Assembly (NCBI RefSeq): GCF_051201565.1 | Contig: NZ_CP179200.1 | Location: forward strand, 270,001 to 302,000 | Reading direction: 5' to 3' | From: Pseudothioglobus sp. nBUS_23 | GTDB taxonomy: Bacteria; Pseudomonadota; Gammaproteobacteria; PS1; Pseudothioglobaceae | Length of the DNA stretch: 32,000 nt | Part shown: one piece after another, positions 18,116 through 27,438 of the stretch | How the letters are laid out: each line of letters opens with the position of its first letter | Position numbering within the stretch: the first letter of the stretch is position 1 | The notes under the pieces: model-generated | Databases searched by the model: none | What the model saw: the letters and a program-made list of their open reading frames with translations, nothing else | What the model was told of the DNA's origin: nothing | Made by a program: the position numbers and the translations under genes

Positions 18116-18697
18116 TTAGGAGCCAATTACGCCTTCCTCACCGTTCATAATTCTTCTAATATTTTCTCGATGAGTGAAATAAATAAAAAGATTAATAAGA
18201 AAAATCACCATTGTGGCTCTTACATCATGGGTTGTAATGAAATAAAAATAAATTGGTGATAAAACTGTTGCTGTCAAAGCGGCTATTGAAGAGACTTTCA
18301 TTACTTTTGCCACAATTAGCCAGATAATTGAAAACGTTAATCCAACAAAAAAGTTTAGGCCTATTAATCCGCCTAGGTATGTTGCTACACCTTTACCCCC
18401 TTTAAATCCATAATAGATCGGAAAGACATGTCCAAGAAAAGCACAAAGCAAAATAATAGTTAAATTAAATAAATCAAAACCAAAATAGTGAGCCAGTAAA
18501 ACTGGAACTGCACCTTTAAGTCCATCAAATAATAGAACAAAAGCAGCGACGAACTTCCCGCCAATTCTTAAAACATTTGTTGCGCCAGGATTTTTTGAGC
18601 CTTTCGTTCTAGGGTCTGGCAAGTTGCACATTTTACAAATAATAATTGCACTTGAAATTGACCCCAATAAATAACTTCCAATTAAAAAGTAAAACAA
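18116..18697 (-). CDS. plsY: Glycerol-3-phosphate acyltransferase PlsY
   Basis: 193 aa polytopic protein. GSKNPGATNVLR and KGGKGVAT motifs. Divergent from folB, as in E. coli. Confidence 0.9.
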   Translation of the reverse strand: MFYFLIGSYLLGSISSAIIICKMCNLPDPRTKGSKNPGATNVLRIGGKFVAAFVLLFDGLKGAVPVLLAHYFGFDLFNLTIILLCAFLGHVFPIYYGFKGGKGVATYLGGLIGLNFFVGLTFSIIWLIVAKVMKVSSIAALTATVLSPIYFYFITTHDVRATMVIFLINLFIYFTHRENIRRIMNGEEGVIGS

Positions 18698-18831
18698 GCA
18701 GTGCTCCTAAATTATTTGCAAAATAAAATTCTTTTACAGCCTTAAATTATATCAATGAAAACCTTTTATTGTGGTTTTAAGTTGATATCACAAAGGTATC
18801 ATAATACTATTTTTTGAAAAATATATGAATT

Positions 18832-19185
18832 ATGGATATTGTTTTTGTTGAAGGTTTAAAAATAGATACTGTGATAGGTATTTATGATTGGGAAAAGAAA
18901 ATTCGTCAAGACATAGTGCTTGATATTGAAATGTCAGCAGATATAGCTGCAGCTGCAAAGACTGATCATATTGATCAGGCTCTCAACTATAAGAGTGTTT
19001 GTAAGAGAGTGGCTAGCTTTGTAAGAGATTCTAAGTTTGAGCTAGTAGAAACTTTGGCAGAGAAAATTTGCCAGATAATACTTAATGAATTTGATGTTCA
19101 GTGGGTTAAACTTACCCTTAATAAGGGCGAAGCAATTACTGGAGCAAGTGGAGTTGGGGTGATCATAGAGAGGACTAAAAGTTAG
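18832..19185 (+). CDS. folB: Dihydroneopterin aldolase
   Basis: 117 aa. Starts MDIVFVEGLKIDTVIGIYDWEK, followed by LNYKSV and LVETLAE blocks typical of FolB. Confidence 0.9.
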   Translation: MDIVFVEGLKIDTVIGIYDWEKKIRQDIVLDIEMSADIAAAAKTDHIDQALNYKSVCKRVASFVRDSKFELVETLAEKICQIILNEFDVQWVKLTLNKGEAITGASGVGVIIERTKS

Positions 19186-19679
19186 TGAGCATTTTGCATC
19201 TGAATATTGGATCAAATCAAGACAGACGAAAAAATATTCGATCTGCATTAGATCAACTTGATACTTTTTTTGAAAAAATCAAGGTTTCTTCACTTTTTGA
19301 AAGTCCATCTGAGGGTTTTGAAGGTAAAGATTTTTATAATGTTGGAGTCAATGTTGAAACCAATAAAAATGCTTCTGAAGTATTAGATATTTTGCACAAA
19401 ATTGAAGACTCACTTGGAAGAAATAGATCAGTGCCAAAATTCTCATCAAGAATTATAGATCTTGATCTTGTAATTTATGATGATATGATTGATGAAAAAA
19501 TTAATGTACCAAGAAAAGACATACTTAAATATGCGTTTGTTCTTGCACCTCTTTTAGAGCTTAATCCTGATGGTATTCACCCTGAAAAAGGTGTTTCATA
19601 CCTAAATCTTTGGGAAGAATTTGAGACTAATAAGGCTTTTGATTTGAATAGGTATGATATTGAAAAACTTTATAATTAA
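19185..19679 (+). CDS. folK: 2-amino-4-hydroxy-6-hydroxymethyldihydropteridine pyrophosphokinase (HPPK)
   Basis: 164 aa. GSN near the N-terminus, IDLDLVIYDD and PRKDILKYAFVLAPLLEL. The GTG start overlaps the folB stop by 1 nt. Confidence 0.85.
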   Translation: MSILHLNIGSNQDRRKNIRSALDQLDTFFEKIKVSSLFESPSEGFEGKDFYNVGVNVETNKNASEVLDILHKIEDSLGRNRSVPKFSSRIIDLDLVIYDDMIDEKINVPRKDILKYAFVLAPLLELNPDGIHPEKGVSYLNLWEEFETNKAFDLNRYDIEKLYN

Positions 19680-19748
19680 ATGCATTGCACTTCACATACT
19701 GCAATAGAATTTTTCGTCAAATAATGAGTGTGCATTATCTAATTTGAC

Positions 19749-19754
19749 TATAAT
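19749..19754 (+). promoter_or_regulatory. Candidate -10 box (perfect TATAAT) for the dsbA-thiD-hisC-NIF3-AKR gene string
   Basis: TATAAT lies 18 nt upstream of the first ATG of dsbA, in the only sizeable spacer before five tightly packed genes. I found no convincing -35. In DNA this AT-rich a chance hit is plausible. Confidence 0.3.
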
Positions 19755-19771
19755 TTTGTTCTGAACATACA

Positions 19772-20410
19772 ATGACAAATAACATGAAAAAAATTACTGC
19801 ACTAACCTCTGTAATTGCGCTAGCAATTTTTGTTTTCTTTGCCAATACATCTCAGGCCGAGTTTGTTGCTGGTAAAAATTATTTAGTCCTAGATAAACCT
19901 GTAGAAACTGAAACAGGTGATCAGATAGAGGTAAGAGAGTTGTTTTGGTATTTTTGTCCTCACTGCTTCTCTGTTCATCCAAAGCTTGAAGAGTGGTCTA
20001 AGACAATGGATAGTTCAGCCCAATTAGTACTTCAACCTGCAGTTTTTCCTGGCTGGGAGTTTGGATCTACATTCTATTATGTTCTCGAAGAGCTTGGTGA
20101 GTTAGAACGTTTACATTCCTCACTATATAATGCGATTCATGTTCAGAAATTGAACCTAAAAACCCAGCAAGATTTTGTAACTTGGCTCTCATTAAATGGT
20201 GTTGATGAAGATCAGGCGAACAAGGTTTTCAAGTCATTTCCTGTAAAAGTTGCTGTTAACAAAGCAAAAGCTAATACTTATAAATATCGAATTACTGGAG
20301 TTCCTGTTTTTATAGTCAATGGTAAGTACACTGTCAATGCTACTAGTGCTGGAAGTGAAGAGAAAATTTTTGAAGTAATTGATTATTTAATTCAAAAAGA
20401 AAAACAATAA
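19772..20410 (+). CDS. dsbA: Periplasmic thiol:disulfide interchange protein DsbA
   Basis: 212 aa. Signal peptide ending ANTSQA|EF. Active site FWYFCPHCF (CPHC). The true start may be the second Met at 19784. Confidence 0.9.
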   Translation: MTNNMKKITALTSVIALAIFVFFANTSQAEFVAGKNYLVLDKPVETETGDQIEVRELFWYFCPHCFSVHPKLEEWSKTMDSSAQLVLQPAVFPGWEFGSTFYYVLEELGELERLHSSLYNAIHVQKLNLKTQQDFVTWLSLNGVDEDQANKVFKSFPVKVAVNKAKANTYKYRITGVPVFIVNGKYTVNATSAGSEEKIFEVIDYLIQKEKQ

Positions 20411-20413
20411 TAC

Positions 20414-21193
20414 ATGGATAGGCCAAAAGCCGATTCAGTTTTATTATTTTCAGGATTGGATCCTTCTGGAGCAGCAGGTATTTCTGCAGACATTGAAACT
20501 ATTAATCATTTTGGTCTCACTCCGCTACCCATAATTACATCACTAACTGCTCAAAACACTCAAAGATTAGATTCATTTGAGTTGCCAAAAGATAGTTTTT
20601 TAGAAAAGCAATTCGATCTAATTGATGAAGATATTTCATTCAATACAGTAAAAATTGGTTTATTGGGCTCTGTAAGTCAAATAAAAACAATATCCCGATT
20701 GCTCAATAAAAAGAAATCACTAAATGTTGTTCTAGATCCAATACTGATATCTGGAACCCAGGAAAATTTCAGTTCAAATAAGATGATTGGTGCCATGAAG
20801 AAATATCTTTTTCCAATGAGTACGATACTTACTCCGAATCTTGAGGAGCTCAATTTATTGGCTCCTGGTCTGGCTGAGCAAGAAGCAGTCTCAAGTTTGA
20901 ATTGTTCTTGGGTCTTAGTGACAACTTCAGACTCCTCTAAAGTTGATATTGAGCACCGTCTTTATCATGAGTCAATCTTAAAACGCAGATATAAGTATAA
21001 AAAGTTACCAGGTAAATTTCATGGATCTGGTTGCACATTATCTAGTGCTATTTCAGCTTTAATTGCAAAAGGAATGGCCGTTGAAGATGCTTGTGATGAG
21101 GGGCTGGAATACACTTACCAATGTTTATTAAATGCGAAAAAGCTTGGTAAAATGCAGTATCATCCGATTAGAGCTTCTTATAAATCAAAATGA
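20414..21193 (+). CDS. thiD: Hydroxymethylpyrimidine/phosphomethylpyrimidine kinase
   Basis: 259 aa. GLDPSGAAGISADIET, VKIGLLGS and GSGCTLSSAI, typical of the ThiD/PdxK ribokinase-like family. Confidence 0.85.
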   Translation: MDRPKADSVLLFSGLDPSGAAGISADIETINHFGLTPLPIITSLTAQNTQRLDSFELPKDSFLEKQFDLIDEDISFNTVKIGLLGSVSQIKTISRLLNKKKSLNVVLDPILISGTQENFSSNKMIGAMKKYLFPMSTILTPNLEELNLLAPGLAEQEAVSSLNCSWVLVTTSDSSKVDIEHRLYHESILKRRYKYKKLPGKFHGSGCTLSSAISALIAKGMAVEDACDEGLEYTYQCLLNAKKLGKMQYHPIRASYKSK

Positions 21194-22254
21194 CTTTTAT
21201 TGAAAAATGGTTAAGATCAGATATTAAGAATATCAATGCTTACCATGTTCCTGAATCTAAGAATCTACTTAAACTAGATGCAATGGAAAGCCCTTTCGGC
21301 GTTCCAAGTGATTTGAAAGAGGAGTTTCTTGAGTATATTGATAAGGCAGAGGTTAACAGATATCCGGATGCTGCATCCACCCAACTTAAGGATACATTAA
21401 GAGATCTTATGGATATTCCAGAAGAGTATAAAGTTCTTCTTGGAAATGGTTCAGATGAGTTAATACAGTTATTGGCGCTTGCTTGTAATGAGGACGATCT
21501 TATTATGAGCTTTGAGCCAAGTTTTGTCATGTACGAAATGGTGTCAAAATATGCCCATTTAAGATATCAAGGAATCCAGTTGGATTCTAATTTTGATATT
21601 AATCTCAGGAAGTCAATCGAAGCTATAAAAAACAAAAATCCCAAGCTGATATTTATTGCATATCCTAATAATCCGACTGGAAATGCCTTTGACTATGATG
21701 CAATTATTGAGATTATAAAGACTTCAGATGCCTTGGTTGTTCTTGATGAGGCCTATTATGCCTACTCAGATAGAAGTTTTTTATCTGAGATTTCTAATTT
21801 CTCAAACTTAGTAGTTCTTCGAACTATATCAAAAATAGGTTTTGCAGGGCTTAGACTTGGTCTTTTAATTGGCAGCGAGGAAACAATTAACCAACTAAAT
21901 AAGTTGCGACTTCCTTATAACATCAATGTGCTTACACAAGCAAGTGCCAATTTTTTACTTCAAGATAAAGAGCGGATTGTTAAAAATGCAGAAGTATTGA
22001 TTGAGGAAAGACAGCGTCTTTTTGAAGAGCTATCTTTATTTACTCAGTTAAAAGTTTTTCCATCTCAAACTAATTTTCTCCTTGTTCGATGTGAAAATGC
22101 AGACTCACTGCATAGTGCATTAATCACTAATGGCATCCTAGTCAAAGGGTTTTCACCAGACTCTGCGCTTTCAAACTTTATTCGGATAAGTATTAGTGAG
22201 CCAATTGAAAATAATGCTCTTTTAGAGGCTGTAAAGGAATATTATGGTGAATAG
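21190..22254 (+). CDS. hisC: Histidinol-phosphate aminotransferase
   Basis: 354 aa. YP(D) plus LLGNGSDELI, NPNNPTGN, VLDEAYYAY and SKIGFAGLRLG (PLP lysine). ATGA overlap with thiD. Confidence 0.9.
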   Translation: MTFIEKWLRSDIKNINAYHVPESKNLLKLDAMESPFGVPSDLKEEFLEYIDKAEVNRYPDAASTQLKDTLRDLMDIPEEYKVLLGNGSDELIQLLALACNEDDLIMSFEPSFVMYEMVSKYAHLRYQGIQLDSNFDINLRKSIEAIKNKNPKLIFIAYPNNPTGNAFDYDAIIEIIKTSDALVVLDEAYYAYSDRSFLSEISNFSNLVVLRTISKIGFAGLRLGLLIGSEETINQLNKLRLPYNINVLTQASANFLLQDKERIVKNAEVLIEERQRLFEELSLFTQLKVFPSQTNFLLVRCENADSLHSALITNGILVKGFSPDSALSNFIRISISEPIENNALLEAVKEYYGE

Positions 22255-22984
22255 AGATGAGTTAAATAATTATTGCGCTAATTTTTTAAGTGTTAGTAAA
22301 TATAAAGATTACTGTCCTAATGGATTACAGGTAGAGGGAAGTCTAAATATAAATAAAATTGTCAGTGGCGTTAGCGCTAATCTAGATTTGATTGAATTGG
22401 CTATTGATGAGAAAGCAGATGCTATTTTTGTACATCATGGCATCTTTTGGAATAATGAGTCTAACGTTATTGTTGGGTCCAAACGAAAAAAGATTGATTT
22501 ACTAATTAAAAACAATATTAATTTATTTGCTTACCACCTGCCGTTAGATGCTCATTCAGAGGTAGGAAATAATGTTGAACTGGGAAGAATTCTTGGTATT
22601 AAAAACATGAAGTCAGTTGACGACAGTTTGCTCTGGCATGGTGATTTAGATAATGATTTAATGAACTTTACCAGACTCATTCAAAAGGAGTTAGGTAGAG
22701 TTCCTGAAATATTTGGCAGAAAAAATAATTCAGTCAATAGCATTGCATGGTGCACCGGTGGAGCTCAAGGATTTATTGATGAGGCAATTAACCTTAAAGT
22801 TGATATTTATCTTAGTGGTGAGGTTTCTGAAAGAACGCCAGCAGTAGCAAAAGAAAATAACCTGACATATATTTCTGCTGGTCATCATGCAACTGAAAGG
22901 TATGGAGTTCAAGCCCTTTGTGAACACCTTTGCACTAAATTTAAATTGAAACAACAATTTATTGAAGTCAACAACTCTGTTTAA
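22244..22984 (+). CDS. NIF3-family dinuclear metal centre protein (YbgI / GTP cyclohydrolase 1 type 2 homologue)
   Basis: 246 aa. VHHGIFW, AYHLPLDAHSEVGNN and SAGHHATERYG, which match the YbgI metal-binding blocks. Confidence 0.88.
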   Translation: MVNRDELNNYCANFLSVSKYKDYCPNGLQVEGSLNINKIVSGVSANLDLIELAIDEKADAIFVHHGIFWNNESNVIVGSKRKKIDLLIKNNINLFAYHLPLDAHSEVGNNVELGRILGIKNMKSVDDSLLWHGDLDNDLMNFTRLIQKELGRVPEIFGRKNNSVNSIAWCTGGAQGFIDEAINLKVDIYLSGEVSERTPAVAKENNLTYISAGHHATERYGVQALCEHLCTKFKLKQQFIEVNNSV

Positions 22985-23001
22985 TCAAAGTCAAATTTGG
23001 A

Positions 23002-23913
23002 ATGCTCATGGAGCGAATTAATCTATCTTCTTCTACTAGCCTTAGTCGAATAGTTTATGGTATGTGGCGTTTGGCTGAAGATACCAATGTATCACCAAAA
23101 CATATTCTTGAAAAAATTAATATTTGTTTGGAGCAAGGAATTACTTCATTTGATCAGGCGGCAGTTTATGGCTTATACACTTCTGAAGCATTGTTTGGTG
23201 AAGCTTTAAAGGAAAATCGATCCTTAAGGAATCAGATTGAGATTATTACTAAGTGTGGAATAGTAAACCCCTCTTCTAGGTATTCTAATGCATCTGTAAC
23301 TCATTATGACACCTCAAGGGAGCATATTTTTAATTCTGTAGATGCCTCTTTAAAAAATATGTCAACAGATTATTTAGACATGTTATTAATACATCGTCAG
23401 GACCCTTTTATGGATCACTTTGAGACTGGCAAGGCATTAGATGATCTTGTTTTATCTGGGAAAGTTAAAGAAGTAGGTGTATCCAACTTCAGACCTTGGG
23501 ACTTTAATCTTTTGCAATCTGCTATGAAAAGTAAATTAGTTACGAACCAAATTGAACTTTCTTTAGCTGCCACTGATGGATTCACAAATGGCGATCTTGC
23601 TTTTCATCAAGAAAGAGCAACTACTATAATGGCTTGGTCACCTCTTGGGGGCGGAAGACTGATGAAGGGCAAGGGGCCTCTTGGCAAGGTTTTGTCCAAA
23701 ATAGCAGCCAATCAAAATGTTGATATTGCTGCGGTTGCTGTTGCCTGGTTATTGGCACATCCCGCAAAGATTTGCCCTGTTATGGGAACAAATAATTTAG
23801 ATAGAATAGCAAAAATTTCTGAAGCAATGAATTTTAGGATGGGTCGTGAGACTTGGTTTGAACTTTACACTGCATCGTTTAATGATGGTGAGTTGCCATG
23901 GCGACTACCATAA
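23002..23913 (+). CDS. Aldo/keto reductase (YdhF-like oxidoreductase)
   Basis: 303 aa. YGMWRL, FDQAAVYG, LIHRQDP and VGVSNF blocks. The start could be Met3 (MERINL). Confidence 0.85.
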   Translation: MLMERINLSSSTSLSRIVYGMWRLAEDTNVSPKHILEKINICLEQGITSFDQAAVYGLYTSEALFGEALKENRSLRNQIEIITKCGIVNPSSRYSNASVTHYDTSREHIFNSVDASLKNMSTDYLDMLLIHRQDPFMDHFETGKALDDLVLSGKVKEVGVSNFRPWDFNLLQSAMKSKLVTNQIELSLAATDGFTNGDLAFHQERATTIMAWSPLGGGRLMKGKGPLGKVLSKIAANQNVDIAAVAVAWLLAHPAKICPVMGTNNLDRIAKISEAMNFRMGRETWFELYTASFNDGELPWRLP

Positions 23914-24002
23914 TTTATTAAAAAACTAGGGATTATTCTTCTTTAGAAGCACTATATTTACAAAAGTATTGCAGATATTCATGAAGATTAGGCCTAGTAC
24001 TT

Positions 24003-24008
24003 TATAAT
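24003..24008 (+). promoter_or_regulatory. Candidate -10 box (perfect TATAAT) upstream of asd
   Basis: TATAAT lies 30 nt upstream of the asd ATG within a 124-nt spacer. The -35 is weak (TTCATG-like). Chance occurrence is plausible in AT-rich DNA. Confidence 0.3.
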
Positions 24009-24037
24009 CTGTAGTTTTTTTAATGCCTTAGAACATT

Positions 24038-25063
24038 ATGAGTCAAAAATATAACGTTGCAATTGTTGGGGCAACTGGTGCAGTTGGTGAAACTTTGATT
24101 TCTATTCTAGATCAAAGGAATTTTCCTATTGAAAATTTATATCCTTTAGCTTCTAAACGCTCTGCAGGCAGTAAAGTGTCCTGCCAAGGGAAGTCATGGG
24201 TGGTTCAAGATCTGGATACATTTGATTTTTCACAAGCTCAAATTGGATTATTTTCAGCTGGAGGTAGCATCTCAGAAAAATATGCACCTATAGCAGCAGA
24301 ACATGGATGTATTGTTATAGATAATACGTCTCATTTTAGGCGTGATGAAGATATTCCATTGGTTGTGCCAGAAGTCAATCCTCATGCGATTGCTGAATAT
24401 ACCAATCGTAATATTATCGCCAATCCAAATTGTTCAACTATTCAGATGCTAGTTGCGTTAAAACCGATCTATGATGCGGTAGGTATTTCAAGAATCAATG
24501 TTGCTACGTATCAAGCAGTCTCTGGAAGTGGTAAAGAGGCTATTACCGAGCTAACTACCCAAACTGCCAACCTTTTAAATGGCAATGATGTTGAGGTTGA
24601 TGTTTATCCTAAGCAAATAGCATTTAATGCCATTCCTCACATTGATACATTTCAAGAAAATGGTTATACGAGAGAGGAAATGAAAATGGTATGGGAGACT
24701 CAAAAAATCTTTGAAGATGATGAAATTTTGGTTAATCCTACTGCGGTCAGAATCCCGGTAGTTTATGGTCACTCAGAGGCGGTACATATTGAAACAAAAG
24801 AGAAATTAACTGCTGAAGATGCAAGAAAACTGCTCGAAAATGCTGAAGGTGTCGAGGTGATGGATAAAAGAGAGAATGGTGGTTATGCAACACCTTTCCT
24901 TGAAGCAACTAATAATGATGCAACATATGTCAGCAGAATTAGAGAGGATATTAGTTTTGAAAACGGACTAAATTTATGGGTAGTTTCAGACAATATTCGA
25001 AAAGGTGCAGCGCTTAACACTATTCAGATTGCTGAAATACTCATCAAAGACTATATTTCATAA
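24038..25063 (+). CDS. asd: Aspartate-semialdehyde dehydrogenase
   Basis: 341 aa. VAIVGATGAVG, active-site NPNCSTIQM and QAVSGSGK. Confidence 0.95.
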   Translation: MSQKYNVAIVGATGAVGETLISILDQRNFPIENLYPLASKRSAGSKVSCQGKSWVVQDLDTFDFSQAQIGLFSAGGSISEKYAPIAAEHGCIVIDNTSHFRRDEDIPLVVPEVNPHAIAEYTNRNIIANPNCSTIQMLVALKPIYDAVGISRINVATYQAVSGSGKEAITELTTQTANLLNGNDVEVDVYPKQIAFNAIPHIDTFQENGYTREEMKMVWETQKIFEDDEILVNPTAVRIPVVYGHSEAVHIETKEKLTAEDARKLLENAEGVEVMDKRENGGYATPFLEATNNDATYVSRIREDISFENGLNLWVVSDNIRKGAALNTIQIAEILIKDYIS

Positions 25064-25077
25064 GATAAAATCAAAAA

Positions 25078-25659
25078 ATGGTTATTAAAGAGAGAAAGAC
25101 AAATGAAACTGATATCAAGGTAAGTCTTGAGCTCTATGGTATTGGAAAAGCTAATATAGATACTGGGGTTCCATTTTTAGATCATATGCTAGATCAAATT
25201 GCGCGCCATGGATTAATGGATTTAACCATTAGCTGCAAAGGTGATACTGACATAGATGACCATCATACTGTTGAAGATATTGGGATTACTTTAGGCCAAG
25301 CATTTTCTGATGCGGTAGGGGATAAAAAAGGACTTACACGATATGGCCATTCATATGTTCCATTAGATGAGGCGTTGTCAAGAGTCGTCATAGATCTGTC
25401 TGGAAGACCTGGACTGGAATTAGGTGTTAAGTTTACAAGAGATAGGGTTGGATCATTTGATCTTGATCTTATTAGAGAATTTTTTCAAGGATTTGTTAAC
25501 CACTCTTTAGTGACTTTACACATTGATAATTTGAAGGGAATCAATTCACACCATCAAGCTGAAACAGTTTTTAAGGCTTTTGGTAGAGCGCTTAGAATGG
25601 CGACAACACCTGATGAAAGACAATCGGGAGTTATTCCATCAACAAAGGGCTCGCTCTAA
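25078..25659 (+). CDS. hisB: Imidazoleglycerol-phosphate dehydratase
   Basis: 193 aa. [28 protein letters not shown] and [15 protein letters not shown]. Monofunctional form with no phosphatase domain. Confidence 0.95.
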   Translation: MVIKERKTNETDIKVSLELYGIGKANIDTGVPFLDHMLDQIARHGLMDLTISCKGDTDIDDHHTVEDIGITLGQAFSDAVGDKKGLTRYGHSYVPLDEALSRVVIDLSGRPGLELGVKFTRDRVGSFDLDLIREFFQGFVNHSLVTLHIDNLKGINSHHQAETVFKAFGRALRMATTPDERQSGVIPSTKGSL

Positions 25660-25677
25660 CTAGTCAGGCATAACATC

Positions 25678-26292
25678 ATGCAAACAATCGCAATTGTGGA
25701 CTATGGAATGGGAAATGTCCGTTCCGTTCAGAAAGCGCTTGAGTATGTTGCACCAAGTGATAATTGTATATTGACTAGTGATCCTCAAGTTTTAAGAGAC
25801 TCTGACCGCATTGTATTTCCAGGTCAAGGAGCAATGGGTTCATGCATGAGCGCCCTCGAGGAAAACTCGTTAGTTAATGAAATTAAATCATCATTCAAAT
25901 CTAAACCATTTTTAGGTATTTGCTTAGGTTTACAGCTTTTATTTGACTCAAGTGAGGAAAATAATGGGACAAAAGGATTGTCAATTGTTCCAGGAAAAGT
26001 TGTTAAATTTAAAAATAGTGAATTAAAAATACCACATATGGGATGGAATAATGTAAATCATTCTAAAGATCATCCACTTTGGTTCAATATTGATAATAAT
26101 AGTCGTTTTTACAGCGTACATAGTTACTATGTGAAACCAGTCAACGATGATTGCGTTTTTGGAACTACAAATTATGGACATGAATTTGTATCTGCGATTG
26201 CTCTAGACCATGTTTTTGCAGTTCAATTTCATCCAGAAAAATCACAAAATGATGGCTTACAACTTTTAAGGAATTTTGTAAACTGGTCCTAG
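25678..26292 (+). CDS. hisH: Imidazole glycerol phosphate synthase, glutamine amidotransferase subunit
   Basis: 204 aa. DYGMGNVRSV, GICLGLQLL (nucleophilic Cys) and QFHPEKS. Confidence 0.95.
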   Translation: MQTIAIVDYGMGNVRSVQKALEYVAPSDNCILTSDPQVLRDSDRIVFPGQGAMGSCMSALEENSLVNEIKSSFKSKPFLGICLGLQLLFDSSEENNGTKGLSIVPGKVVKFKNSELKIPHMGWNNVNHSKDHPLWFNIDNNSRFYSVHSYYVKPVNDDCVFGTTNYGHEFVSAIALDHVFAVQFHPEKSQNDGLQLLRNFVNWS

Positions 26293-26311
26293 CGGTTTCT
26301 TATTAATTGAT

Positions 26312-26725
26312 TTAATTAAGCTCTTTCAGAGATCTGAGGTAGTATTCTAGATCCATTGGTTTATTGTATTTCTGTGAGTTAAAAATCATTTCAGCGATGT
26401 GTTCCATCATTATGTGCTCGACCTGGTGCGCATCATTATATTTTTTTAATAAATTACTATATATTTGCTTAATTCCCTTTGGCTGATTTAAACTTAATTG
26501 ATCTTGCAGAGTTAAGTGAAGATTGATATGAAGAAATGGGTTTGTTCTTCCTTGTTCCGGAAAATATTCTGTATCTAAATCATTAATAATGTTTTGATAT
26601 TCTGGGTGCTTTTCAATTATTTTGACTAATTGAAGCTCCAAAGGGTCTAAAGTTTGATTTGAGTTGTGTTTACCCCAGGCATGAGCTAAATATTTTCTTT
26701 GCTCAGATCTGTCAGCAGTAAACAC
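26312..26725 (-). CDS. DUF1841-family protein
   Basis: 137 aa. HPEYQ, TNPFLHINLHLTLQDQ and HQVEHIMMEHIAE blocks match my recollection of DUF1841. Function unknown. Confidence 0.75.
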   Translation of the reverse strand: MFTADRSEQRKYLAHAWGKHNSNQTLDPLELQLVKIIEKHPEYQNIINDLDTEYFPEQGRTNPFLHINLHLTLQDQLSLNQPKGIKQIYSNLLKKYNDAHQVEHIMMEHIAEMIFNSQKYNKPMDLEYYLRSLKELN

Positions 26726-26730
26726 TTTGC

Positions 26731-27363
26731 CTAGATATTTTTCTCTTCATATTCGCACAAATCAAGAAGTGTGCAGTCAGTGCAATGCGGAGATCTAGCT
26801 TTACAGACATATCGACCATGAAGGATCATTAGGTGATGAGCTGGAACTTTGAACTCATCTGGTATAAATTTAATTAACTTTTTTTCAACTTCTAGGACAG
26901 TTTTTCCGGAAGCAATTGCTGTCCTATTGGCCACTCTATAGATATGCGTATCAACAGCAATTGTGGGTTGTCCAAATGCAGTATTAAGAACTACATTTGC
27001 TGTTTTTCTTCCAACACCAGGAAGGGCTTCTAATTCTTTTCTGGTCTCAGGAACTTCAGAATTATATTTATCAATGAGTATTCTGCAAGTTTGAATAATA
27101 TGCTTTGCCTTTGAGTTAAACAACCCAATGGATTTAATTGTGTCTCGAAGCTTATCTTCACCCAATTCAAAAATTGATTCAGGGGTATTCGCAAGGGGAA
27201 ACAAGATATCAGTTACCTGATTTACACTCTTATCAGTCGCTTGAGCAGATAAAGTAACCGCAACAAGCAGTTCGAATGAGGTTGAATAGTTTAGCTCAGT
27301 TGTAGGATTTGGAATTTGCTTCAAAAGCCTACTAAACATTTCACTTCTTGTTTCTGCGTTCAT
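26731..27363 (-). CDS. nth: Endonuclease III (DNA-(apurinic or apyrimidinic site) lyase)
   Basis: 210 aa. Helix-hairpin-helix LPGVGRKTANVVL. C-terminal 4Fe-4S cluster ligands CKARSPHCTDCTLLDLC. Confidence 0.95.
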   Translation of the reverse strand: MNAETRSEMFSRLLKQIPNPTTELNYSTSFELLVAVTLSAQATDKSVNQVTDILFPLANTPESIFELGEDKLRDTIKSIGLFNSKAKHIIQTCRILIDKYNSEVPETRKELEALPGVGRKTANVVLNTAFGQPTIAVDTHIYRVANRTAIASGKTVLEVEKKLIKFIPDEFKVPAHHLMILHGRYVCKARSPHCTDCTLLDLCEYEEKNI

Positions 27364-27438
27364 TTGAACCTTTTTGGTTTAACTATGGGTGAAATATTAT
27401 ACTTAATTTTTATATATTTATCAATAACCAGTCTGTTT

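Noticed and set aside
19684-19714. Weak hairpin after folK (attgca...tgcaat, followed by agaattttt), considered as a terminator
   Set aside because: The stem is only 6 bp and AT-rich, with a 10-nt loop and an interrupted T-tract. That is not enough to call.
760-24037. Looked for riboswitches or leaders: a glycine or THF element before the flavoprotein operon (760-883), a TPP riboswitch before thiD (20411-20413) and a his leader before hisC or hisB
   Set aside because: thiD, hisC and hisB have 3 nt of spacer, a 4-nt overlap and 14 nt of spacer upstream, so there is no room. The 124-nt spacer at 760-883 is too AT-rich and lacks the conserved GC-rich cores of those riboswitch classes.
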